Source: Felis catus
Taxonomy: Eukaryota
Direction: 5' to 3'
DNA: 64,000 nucleotides
Assembly (NCBI RefSeq): GCF_018350175.1
Contig: NC_058376.1
Span: 82,894,001 to 82,958,000 of the forward strand
Shown: positions 1 through 24,600 of the stretch, piece by piece
Layout: each line of letters starts with the position of its first letter
How positions within the stretch are numbered: the first letter of the stretch is position 1
Position numbers and translations under genes: made by a program
The notes under the pieces: generated by a model
The model's input: only the letters and a program-made list of their open reading frames with translations
What the model was told of the DNA's origin: nothing
The model's database searches: none

Positions 1-19
1 AAGGGTAAGGGGCAACACA

Positions 20-195
20 TCAGTTTTCAAGCCGGACAGATCTGAACTCAAATCTGGGCTCAATTCTTTATCAGCTGTGTCATCTTTATCAAGTGACTTG
101 AAAGCTCTGACCCTTAGTGTTCTTTATCTGTAAAATGGGAACAATCGTCAGTGTCTCAGAGAGTTGCTGTGAGACTTAAATGCAGCCACGTATGA
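20..195 (+). mobile_element. MIR
   Basis: gaactcaaatctgggctc...tatcaagtgacttgaaagctctga...tctgtaaaatgggaacaat core. Confidence 0.7.
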
Positions 196-769
196 GAAAG
201 ACTGGTACCTAGTTTTACAGTGTTCTCAGTTTCACTAGGCTTGGCCTAAATGGACATTTCCTTTCCATGCCTCTTTCGTGATTCAAGTTATTTATTAGGC
301 TCATAACTATTCCTGACTACATGTTAAATATCCTACTCTGAGAGGTCGGAGGTTGCTCTAAACTATAATTCTCTTTTCTTTCCTGTGTTTATCACCCCTG
401 ACTCTTTTTCTTCTCTCATTCTATTGTTTTTTTCTCTTTCTCTTTTCTGCTCTTCTTTTCCTATTGGAATGATCTTTCTTTTGGTCTTTTTTTCCCTCTA
501 AATTGATTGTGAATTGAGAGGGAATGGACAATGGCTTATGTGCTAAATTTACAAGAACAATGTAGTCATGAAGATAATAAGACACATTAATGTCCAGTGT
601 TGACAAAAATGGGAAATATGGGGCACTCTTTACATTGCTGGTGGCTTATAAATTGATAAAACTTTTTGGCAATATGAATCAAAAGATGTAAGTGTATATA
701 TACACCCTTTGAACCAGAAAGTCTTATTCTGGGAAATTGTTCCAGGAAATAATCACGATCCATAGGATG

Positions 770-1195
770 TTTGTATCAACTAGCTTTTGCTGCATAACAA
801 CCCTCTCCAAACTTTGTGGATCAAAATAGCAAACATGTATTATTTCTTATATTCTTGCAGGTTGACTGGGTGGTTGTTCAGTTCCGGTTCAGCTCAGTAA
901 GAGCTGGATGGCCTAGCTGAATGGCCTCACTGACATGTTTGGGCCTCAGTCGGGATGACTGGGCCCTGTCTCTGTATGGTGTCTCCTTCTCCAGGAGGAA
1001 AACCCAGGCTCGTTCATATGGTGGTGTCAGGATTCCCAGCAACAAAAAATGGGGCAAGCCTCAGTATATAAACAGTTTTCAACCCTCTGCCTATCCCACC
1101 TTTGCTAATGTCCCTACACGGCAAAGCAAGTCAGATGGTCAAGCCCAGATTTAGGAAGAGAGAAACAGAATTTACTGTTTGATTGGAGGAGCTAC
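770..1195 (+). mobile_element. ERVL-MaLR solo LTR (MLT1 family) inserted in an old L1M fragment
   Basis: tgtatcaactagcttttgctgcataacaac...gcaagtcagatggtcaagcccaga pattern; flanks 590-770 and 1195-1460 resemble L1. Confidence 0.6.
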
Positions 1196-1475
1196 AAAAT
1201 ATTGGAATCATTTTTTTCCTACAACGTTTGTTCAGCACAGGACTGTCTGTAATAACAACAAAAACAAACAAAAAGAGTAGAGGACAAAAAAATTAAAGGT
1301 CTTCTCAAATAAATCAAACATCCATACAATGGGATAACAATGCAACATTTACAAATGACTGAAAGGAAGAGTTAATGCTATAGGGAAATGTTCTCCATAT
1401 AGAATTAAGTGGGGGAGTAAAAGGGTTGCAAAATCTTATTTTTGTGAAGCAAAAAAGTATAAAGCACAGATTTTA

Positions 1476-1690
1476 TTTATTTATTTTGTTTACTTATTTG
1501 GGGAGAGAAAGAGAGAGACAGCGTGTGCTCAAGCATGAGCGGCGAGGGGCAGAGAAAAAATCCCAAGCAGGCTCTGAGCTGTCAGCACAGAGCCTGAGCA
1601 GGTCTTGATCTCACCAACTGAACGATGAGATCCTGACCTGAGCCAAAATCAACTCAGTCGTTTAATTGACTGGGCCACCCAGGCACCCCT
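1476..1690 (-). mobile_element. CAN-SINE (SINEC)
   Basis: Reverse GGGGTGCCTGGGTGGCCCAG head; TSD AAAGCACAGATTTTA at 1461-1475 and 1693-1707. Confidence 0.9.
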
Positions 1691-1829
1691 AAAAAGCACA
1701 GATTTTAAAAAAAGAGATTGGAAGGACAGCAGCAAAATGGTAATATATCTAATGATGAGATTACTTTTAACTTCTTCCTTATGCTTTTCTGTATACAGTT
1801 AACAATTCTACTGTCCTGCACTTACCTAA

Positions 1830-2010
1830 GCACTTCACATATGTTAATTTAATCTTCACAATGACCCAATAAGATAGAGTCTAGCAGTATCATTGTCCCT
1901 ATTTTACAGATGAGGAACCTAAGACACAGGAAAGCTTACTAACATACCCAAAGTCACACATCAGGTAGAAGGCAGATCCTTGATTTCATTCTAAACTCCA
2001 TGCTCTTTTA
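1830..2010 (-). mobile_element. MIR
   Basis: cctattttacagatgaggaacctaagacacagg...cccaaagtcacac core. Confidence 0.7.
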
Positions 2011-2587
2011 ACTATTATTCTTTCTTCTAAGTCAAGTGATTTGTCTGGAACCAGAGTGTGGTGTTTGGTAAATGGACTATATCATTGGTTTTAAACCTTT
2101 AAAAAAAATCATCACTTTTTCTTGCAAAAGTAATATACTCCAGAAGTAGAATAAAAAGATGAAATTCCATCTGCCAGGATCCCAGTAACATCCTCAGAGA
2201 AAACCATTATTAGTAGTTTAGTATGTATCCTTCCATATCTTTCTTCTATATGCAATTACATACCTAAACACACTGCGTGTATGTGTGGGTATGCATATAT
2301 GTGTGTGTATGCTTTTTCCCCATACATGAAATTATGCTCTACCCTCATTATTTGGTGACATTTGGCAGGCTTTGGAGATCTTATCATGTCAATCTACACA
2401 GATCTGCCTTATTCCTTTTTGTGACTTAATCAGTTTCTGCTAAATAGAATGAGTCCCAGAAATACCCTCATGGTATGGACTTCCTTTGACAGGCTGGGAG
2501 CAAAGGGCCCCCAGAGAGAGTTTAAGAAAGGAGAAACATAGTCATGAGAGATGTAAAAAGATGACCCAAACATATTTGTAACAGGCT

Positions 2588-3019
2588 GTATTTGTTTCCT
2601 AGCATTGCTGTAACAAAGTACCACAAACTGAGTGGCTTAAAACAACAGAAACTTACTGTTTCAGTTCTGGAGGTGAAAAATCCAAAATCAAAGTCGTGGC
2701 AGGACCATACTCCCTGGGAAGGCTCTGGGAGGAACCTTTCTTGCCTCTTCCAGCTTCACCTGGCTCCCAGCAATCCCTAGTGTTCCTCGGCTTGGCTCCC
2801 CTTCCTCACATAACCTTTTCCCCTGTGTGTATGTGCCTTTGTGCATCTATCCTCTTATAAAAACATCAGTGATTGGATTTAGGGCCTACCCTATTCCAGT
2901 ACGACCTCGTCTTAGTTTAATTAATTACATCTGCAAAGACCTTATTTCCAAATTGAAGTTTATACTCTGAGGCTCCAGGTGGACAGGAATTTTACGGGGC
3001 TTCCTATTCAACCTGCTAC
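2588..3019 (+). mobile_element. ERVL-MaLR solo LTR (MLT1 family)
   Basis: tgtatttgtttcctagcattgctgtaacaaagtaccacaaactgagtggcttaaaacaacagaa...attacatctgcaaagaccttatttccaaat...attcaacctgctaca; TG...CA ends. Confidence 0.85.
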
Positions 3020-3282
3020 ATAGGCCTAAAGTTTCCACCTTAATAAAAGTGGCATTATTACTCAATTGACAAAAAGCATAGTATTCTGTTTAGAGCATAT
3101 GGATCAAGTCCACTAGGCTTTGAGGTACTCGCAGTTGAGAAATTCAATGCACTGTCACAAAAGTCCAAACAAACTTAATTTCATATTAGTTGTGAAAACG
3201 AATTTTCATCTCATGGGTAGGGATGCAAAACTTTAGAATTTTAAGTGGAGGATCACAATTTAAAGGCCCCCTCCTCCCCCAT

Positions 3283-3480
3283 CCGCCTGGGTGGCTCAGT
3301 CAGTTAAGTGTCTGACTTCAGCTCAGGTCATATCTCATGGTTTGTGAGTTCAAGCCCCACGTCTGGCTCTGTGCTGACAGCTCAGAGCCTGGAGTCTGCT
3401 TTGGATTCTCTGTCTCCCTCTCTCTGCCCCTCCCCTGCTTGTGCTCTCTCTCTCTCTCATAAATAAACATTAAAAAAATT
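3283..3480 (+). mobile_element. Feliform CAN-SINE
   Basis: cctgggtggctcagtcagttaag...gctcagagcctggag...(CT)n and A tail. Confidence 0.9.
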
Positions 3481-4001
3481 AAATGATCCCCCCAACATTT
3501 TTATAACATAACTGTAGCTTATATAATGCAGTATCATTCTGATTTTGCACCTAGGTCTTTTGCTTTAATCATGACCTGGCACACACAGAAGGAACTGGAA
3601 TAAGATTATTTAAGAAGGAGCTAACCAAATGAATCCCAAGGTAAATTGTTATTCCTCCAATCTTTTCGTTCTGGGGGTAGACAAGAGAATAATTTCAATT
3701 CCCCAAAAACACTCTCATCTCATCCTTAGCAAGAACTCTTATGGTCCCTTTAGCACTTTTGGTGAAGGGAGGCTCATTACCTCCTGAGACAACCCACCTC
3801 ACATAAGGACAACGATTTCATCTACAAAACTGTCCTTAATGTAGGTTCTATCATCTCTAATGCTTCAAACTGGAACATGGAGGCTCAGAGAGATATGCAT
3901 AGTATGCAAACACATGAGGAAAAGCTTAGAAGGATATATATTAAAGTTTTCACGTAACTTTGTGTTTTCCTGAAATGTTAATAGTACAGTGAATACATTT
4001 T

Positions 4002-4108
4002 TTTCAGATTTTATTTTTAAGTAATCTCTACACCCAAAGTGGGGCTCTAACCTACAACCCCAAGATCAAGAGCTGCATACTCCACCAACTGAGCCATCCA
4101 GGTGCCCC
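4002..4108 (-). mobile_element. Short CAN-SINE
   Basis: gatcaagagctgcatactccaccaactgagccatccaggtgcccc. Confidence 0.8.
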
Positions 4109-5214
4109 AAAATGAATGTATTTTTTTTAGATTAAAATAATTGAAAGAACTTTGTTTTTCATATTCAGTGTTAATGATCTATTACGTTCTGAAAACAACT
4201 CAAGGTCCTATGAATGTATTTTTTTTAAACTATAATTATAAAGCTTTAAGTTCAAGGTCACACAGAAAGTGGCAGAGCCAGGATTGGAACCCATTGCTAG
4301 ACAAATTCCAATGAGGGTAGAATTTTCTGGAGTGTCTCCTAGTGACCCTGAGCTCCAGTGTCTTGTCATTCCGGGTCTCAGGGCTCCTTTCATTCAGCTG
4401 GGCCTCCACCTCCAGCTTTGGCTCTCATCCCAGAGAGCAGGATACAGCTGAGGAGGACTTGATAGGGATGAGACTCCAGGTCTGGGGCCTTGAGTGAATC
4501 TTGCACAGAGGTATTCTCTGGGACTACTCCCTCCCCCAATCCTGGTCCTTGAGGGCAGCCAACATTACATTAGCCTCTGCATCCCTAGGAGTAGCTCTTG
4601 GTGAGAAGTTGTGGGAGGAAGGAGACCCAGCACCAGGCAGCTTCACTAACTGTGTGATTTGAAGGGAAGGAGGTAAAGCGCTTCGGGGACAGTGGAGACC
4701 CCTCCGCCCCGGGTATGGACAGAATGTACGGGATGATTATTACCCAGATCATTGCTGTCGTCACCTTCGCCGCGTGTGGGACCTCCCCGCCCCTCCAAGG
4801 CCAATGATTGCGCCAGAGCCCCTGCGCGCTAGCAAGCAGGTGACGCTGCCGCTGACGGCCAGCTGGGGGTAAGGGAGAGTAGAGGGGGGCCTTCGCGTCG
4901 GTGCAGCGAGAACTGCCACGTGATTCCCCGCAACGACGGCAGGCGTACCCTCTGTCCCTCCCCATCTGCCTCCGGATACCCACAGGCTGGCGCCGCGTCC
5001 TCAGGCGCTCCGGGCTTCCCCGCGTCACCTGCAGCCAGGGCGCCCCCCGCGTGGCCGCCATTCATTTCCTCCTACACAGCACGCGCAGCCCTAGCCTCCA
5101 GAGCCAGGAGATCTGCGTGGCGCGGCAGGCGCTTTGAGCCCGAGTTTCGGCTTCAGCAGCAGGGTTGAGGGTCTACCCTGGTGAGCGCCCGTCGGCCCAG
5201 TAGCGAGATTCCTC

Positions 5215-5440
5215 CTAGAAGAGACCGAAATACACAGAGACTCAGGAGAGGCAACAGTGGCACGTAGGTACAGGGGCCAAGCATGGAGACATACGAAAGG
5301 CAGAGACACTTACGAGACAGACGTAGACAGAGACCACGACACAAAGCGATACGGGGCTCAGAGACAGATACAGACACAGAGAGATAGAGGGACATATAGA
5401 TAGGCAGAGATAGACACAGCAGAGCAGAAAAACACTCCAG
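5215..5440. repeat. Degenerate GA/CA-rich low-complexity tract (UC/UG-rich on the minus strand)
   Basis: gagacagacgtagacagagacc...gagacagatacagacacagagagatagag. Confidence 0.7.
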
Positions 5441-6168
5441 ATAAACAGTTTAAGACCTAAAGACCAACCCGACACGAACGCGCCAACGGCGGTGACAGCA
5501 CTCACCCGCCCGCTTGAGCTATTCCCGAATCCGCGGGATTCTCACAGTCCAGCACTAACCAGTACGGGATCCTCCCTCCCTCTCCTGCCGCCAGCGCGTT
5601 TCCCAGGTCCCCTCTTTCAGATGCCGCCCAGACTCCAGGCTTCTGGCCCGGACCCGCCCGCCAATTCCCAGTCCCCCTTGCTCGCCTCCCTAGGCTCCTT
5701 CCCAGACCCTCCTCCCTCTCCTTGGTTTCTGGGCTCCCTCCCGCCCCCCTCCCCTCCCCAGACCCGCCTCTCCCGACCAGATCCTGCACCAGTTGGCCGG
5801 TAGGATTCGCCCAGCCGCCACTCCCGCCATTGTGCAGGACCCTCCCACTAACACTCCCTGCCCTCGTTTGAGTGCTGGGCGCGCTCCTGTGGCTCCCGCC
5901 CCGCCTCTCTCCCCTGGCCGGTGCCCGCCCCACCTCCACCGCGCCCCGCCTGCCGCGCTCTGCGGCAGTCGGGCGCTCATCGTCATTCCGCTCTTGCCGC
6001 CGCCGCCACCCCCGCCCCCCGCCCCCGCCCGGTCNNNNNNNNNNNNNNNNNNNNNNNNNNNNNNNNNNNNNNNNNNNNNNNNNNNNNNNNNNNNNNNNNN
6101 NNNNNNNNNNNNNNNNNNNNNNNNNNNNNNNNNNNNNNNNNNNNNNNNNNNNNNNNNNNNNNNNNNNT

Positions 6169-7409
<1,241 letters not shown>

Positions 7410-8315
7410 AGCGCGGGCCGGCTATGCGGCTGCCGGCGCCCCCCGCCCCGGCCCAGGCGCCCGCGGGCGGGGGCTGCAGGGCCGCGCCGCCTCCGGGTTG
7501 GAGTCGCTGCCGCCGCCGCCGCCTGGCACTCCGGAGCTGTCCGCTTCAGCACCACGGCGGCGGCGGTAGCGGCGGCGCGGACCGGCCTGGAGCCCGCCGC
7601 CGCGCTCATGCACTTTAGAACCTCGGGCCGCAGCCCCACCCCGCACACCGGAACGGACACAGAGACCCGCGGCCCTCGGCCCCCGACCCGCCCCCTCCCG
7701 CACGACTCCCCTGCCCCGCCCCTCTCCGGCCGGTCAGGTCCGCAGAGCCGGCTACCGGCCGGGGTCGATTCGCGTGCGCGCGCGCGCGCGCAGCCAGGGA
7801 TGTTTGGCTGCGTATTTGCATGAGCTTCCCACCTACCTGAGCCCAGCCCTCCAGGCTGCTCTTCTCTCCCACCCCTGTCTGGCGTGACCCCAGCCTTAGC
7901 CTCTTTCTAAGGGACTTCCTCAGCACATTTGTATTTTTATATCCGACTCTTTGTTTACTGGCTCCCCTCATGGTTCATGCCCTCCCTCCCCCAGTCTCGG
8001 CCACGCTCTTCTGCGCCTGGCAGATAGGATGGGTGTTGAGTCTGAGATGGAACAAGCCCTAACATGGTAACCAACCACATGGCCAGTCTGCCCAGGCCTG
8101 ACCCCAGGCGGCTCTCTGGCAGACCCCTCCTCTCAAGGTATCACCTTCCAAGGGCCCAAGTCTGATTTTACCTTGGACCCCTGCATCCTGCCCCTGGGAA
8201 CCCAAGTGAGGACTGCTCTGCACCTTTGGATGACACCTGTGGCCCTGGAGATGTTTTCACCCCAGGGGTGTCCTTTGTAAATGTTTCTCCATCCTCACTG
8301 TACCAGGAGTGTGTG

Positions 8316-8321
8316 AATAAA
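8316..8321 (+). terminator. Likely CAMK2N2 polyadenylation signal AATAAA
   Basis: First AATAAA downstream of the CAMK2N2 3' UTR, followed by GT-rich sequence (GTGTGTGTGTGG at about 8335). Confidence 0.7.
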
Positions 8322-8999
8322 CACAGACCTCCCTGTGTGTGTGTGGCCACTGCTTTGGTCTGCTCAGGAGCCAGGCCAAAATGGCTCCAATCCCTTTTGG
8401 GGAGGGGGCAGATAACTTGGGAATCTCAGGTGCATGTTGCTGGTAGGGGAGGGTTGCCAAGTAAACACAGGCAGGCCAATCTGGCTTGAGGACATCTTAC
8501 AATGTAGCTTCCTTTGGTAAATATACAACCTAAGCAGGATAGGACACTAGAGCTTGGGCTGGAGCTGGGATCAGAAGCATAAAGCAATCTTGATTCAAAG
8601 TCTGCAGCCTCCTGTAGATAAATCCAGGTTGAATGGGGGTCAATAATAGGCCCCAGGGATGCAGGTCTCTGAGTCTGGCTGGCATGTGGAGCAGTTATGC
8701 TGAGCTTTGCCCCAGGGGATGAATCGTTGGTAGTTCAGTAGGGTAGGGGAGGAAGTTAGGGAATCCAGGAGAGATCTGAGGAACTCAAGAAGGAAACCAG
8801 AAACCTTGGATTTGGGATCTAGTTTAACATGGGCTGTATTGTTTCATGTGGGGTTGCTCCCATCAGCTCTATCTTAGGCATGGGGCCTCTGGGATTGTGA
8901 GCACCTTGAATCCAACCCTAAGCCCTAAATCAGGAATTCCAAATACTTGAAGAGCCCAGGGGAGAAAGGCAGGGAGGACTGGAGGACATGCCTCTGGCC

Positions 9000-21252
<12,253 letters not shown>

Positions 21253-21318
21253 GATCCACTTCCCTTCCCCTCCAGTCCACTCTTAGGACCCTGGATGGGG
21301 ATAGACTCTGCCTTTCCC

Positions 21319-21324
21319 AATAAA
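21319..21324 (+). terminator. ALG3 polyadenylation signal AATAAA
   Basis: AATAAA 66 nt after the ALG3 stop codon. Confidence 0.8.
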
Positions 21325-21432
21325 CCTTACCAAGCCCACTGCTGTGCAGTCTACATGGAGGTGCCTACACCAAGCTGTGAGGGGCATGCCCACTGCAGAT
21401 GAAGAACTCACTTGGGCAGTCTTAAGAGGCAC

Positions 21433-21438
21433 TTTATT
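21433..21438 (-). terminator. VWA5B2 polyadenylation signal AATAAA
   Basis: TTTATT on the plus strand, about 260 nt after the VWA5B2 stop codon. Confidence 0.8.
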
Positions 21439-21696
21439 GCATAGGATTTGGGGACTGTGGCTCTCTACCCTTCCACCACACTGCACATAGCTCAGAGGGG
21501 AAGAGGCATGGGATGGGAGGAGTGGGAGAGAGCACAGGCAGGCACTTTCTGTGAGGGCAGGGGGGTTCTGGGAAGGGGATGAGAAGCAGTAGGGGTCAGG
21601 TGGATACCGGCCTGCCCCTCCCAGTACCGAGAAGCCGGCCCCGGTGGCAGTGACTTGAGTGTGTTGGGCAGCGCCAGCCAGAGCAGTGGGCAGCCC

Positions 21697-24600
21697 TCAC
21701 ATGTTTGCGGGGCTGTAGCACAGCAGGTGTAGCTGCAGGTTCTGGTCCCAGTGGCGCAGCAGCAGGAAGAGACCCCGGGCTGCAGCTTTGAGGGCAGCTA
21801 GGTCAAGACCATCAGGTAGGTGCTGGGCCCGTAGCCAACAGTCAGCTTTAGCTGCTGCCAGTTCCCACTCGCCGAAGGCAGCAGCACAGCGGTGCTCCAG
21901 CCAGGCGAGCGCCACGGCGGTGGCCCAGGTCCGGCCCCGCAGGTCCGCACCTCTGGGCCCTTCTGCGCCCTCTGAGGCCTCAGTGTCTGAACCCCGTCCG
22001 CTGTCCACCTGGCCTGGACCCTCAGAGCCTGAGCTGGGGGACGGGCTGCAGGAGGCCGTGGCACTGTCACCCTGGCCAACACCAGGCCCCAGAAGTGCCC
22101 AGGGAGAGGAGGCCGAGGTGGGGCTGAGGCTGGCGCGGTGCGCAGCAAAGGGCGAAGCGCGGCACAGGCGCTCCCGAGGGATGTGTACTGCTGCACAGAA
22201 GGGTGCGTCTAGGCGGAAGGAGCCAGGTGCCTCCTGCAGCCGCACCTGAGGAGAGAGGAGGTGGGGGGAGAAGTGAGCTGAGACAGTGCCCTGGCCCTGG
22301 CAGCACCACCCTCCACCTCCCGAGTCCTCACCAAGGGCAAGTAGTCGTGGTCGCTGCCTTTACTGTTGCTGTCGCCAGCCTGGCCCCGGTTGGTGCTGCA
22401 GGGTCTGTGGCTGTCAGAGCCTTTGGCCCTCCCACCGCCCAGGCTGAGCCTAGAGGGAGGCTGGGGGGGCAGGCGATGAGGACTTCTGGTGACTGACTTG
22501 GAGTTGCCATTTTGGTCTGGGTTCCAGCCACCTACCACAGAGCCTCCCTGAAGTCCTGCAATGGAGCCAGTCAGTGCCATTGGTAGTCCCTAAGCCTCGT
22601 AGCTCCCTGCCCTTGCCCCAGCTTTGAGTGTTACCTTTAGCGTGGACAGCTGTAGGCAGAGGAGTTGCATCTAGTTGGCCTTGAGAGGCAGAAGTGCTTG
22701 GGGGCTCAGCTAGCTCTGTAAGGGCACAGGAGATGGGGGTAAACCAGGAGAGGGGCCAGCGAAGTGAGGGCCAGCACCTGAGAGGTCACCCAGGAGGGAC
22801 TCTACCTGAGCTCCGCACCTGCAGGGCTGAGGGTAGGACCTCCCTGGTGGTAGCATCCACAGCTACGGGGCAGGTGAAGCAGGAAGGGGCAGAGCTGACC
22901 TTGCTCGTCTGAAGGGCTCGGAGCCAGGACCTCCGGGCATGGCCTGTGAAAGCAAGGAGCTGGATGCTGAATGGGAGAAGCTGCACTTCCCCCAGCCCCC
23001 TCCTACAGGGGGCTTTAGAGAAAAATCTCAGTGTTCCCCATTGCTTCTCCCTCTGTCCACTTTTGAACAGAGTTCCTTCTTGGGGATAGGTCAGACTGCC
23101 CAACTTTGGCAAGTGGTTAGGCTGAACCCTCAGCTCCTAGCAAGACTGGACCCTCCGGCCACCCAGAAATTGAACATTCTGTACAGCACCCAAAGGAAGC
23201 ACTGACTGTGGTGCCTTTCCTGTCCACTCATTCAGCACTGTCCAATAGAACTTCTTGCAGTGAAGGTAGTGTTCTAGATCTGCGTGATCCAGTATGGCAG
23301 CCACTAGTCACATGTGAGTGTTAAGCACTTGAAGTGTGGCTAGAGCAACTGAAAAACTGAAATTTTAACTATTTGATGTTAATATTCTTCCTGAATGGCA
23401 GATTTGTTTTTATGTTATGGGCACTGTGAGTCATTAACAAGATCACGTTTCGCTCTGTGCTGGCTGCTAGGAAGCTTGCCAATTTGGGGACCCATGCTCA
23501 CAAGGGCACAGAATATCATCGAGTGCATCTTTAATATAACCTGATTCTCCACTTTCTTTTATTATTCCATTACCCTGTTTATTATTTTTGAGGTGAGTGA
23601 GCCACCTCAAATTGTGAACAAGATGAGGTATATAGTGACCAGACACATAGACCTATACCTCTGTCATTCGCTGCCCCATACAGGCTCCTTGGGTCCTGCC
23701 CAGGCCCACCAGCAACTCACCTTGGTCAGCCATGGCCTCAGCCCCTCCACGGAGAGCCAGCTGCTCATTGTCCCGGACCACGGAGGCTGCTGTCAGCCGA
23801 TGGAGTGCTTGGTCCCAAGCACTTTCTCTTTGAGGGGGTGACGGAGGCAGTGAGCCATCACTAGGTCCCCATAGTGTCTCTAGCCCAACACCCACCTCCC
23901 AGCACATAGGCTGCTCCCCACACAGGGCTCGGATCACCACGTGGCAGCGTGGAGCCTGAGGAGGCAGTTCCACTGCTGGAGAGGCTGATTCCCCGTTGTG
24001 GGGCATAGCTGTGAATAAGAAGGGGGGTTCCATCAGCATGTCCCAGTCCATGGGGGCCGGGGAGAGCAGATTTCCTGGAGAGAGACAGCAATGAAGGCAG
24101 GGGCGGGGTGGTACCCTCTGCCCTACTTCTCAGGACCTCCTTGGTGTCAGAACCCAGCTCCCCATCCAACCCTTACCTGAGTCATCCAGGCCCTGTCCCA
24201 GCTGCTGCCCTGACTCAGGGCCTGGCCCATCTGGTGCTATGCCCAGAGAGGGGTGCCAGAGACGGCCAGGGACTGGGTTCACCTGGCCTGGGGGAGATGA
24301 GAGGCTCCGGCCAGCCAGAGCTGCTCTGCGTCGACGACCCAGCACCTCAGCACTCAAGGCCCCAGGCTGCACATAAGAAGTGTGGTCCACTGGTCAAGGA
24401 ATGCAGAGCTCCTGGCCATCACACATGCATGGCCACGTACCCCTTTGTCTGAAACTGTGGATGGCTGCTCACCACCCTTAGGAGCAAGGCCAAACTCAAG
24501 GCCTCCGGCCCCCTTCCCAGTGCCATCTCACTCCATGCCTGATTTCTCACTTGAGGTTGTTGTTTGTCTCTGTTTTTGTTCATGTCTTCTTCCTCTTTGC

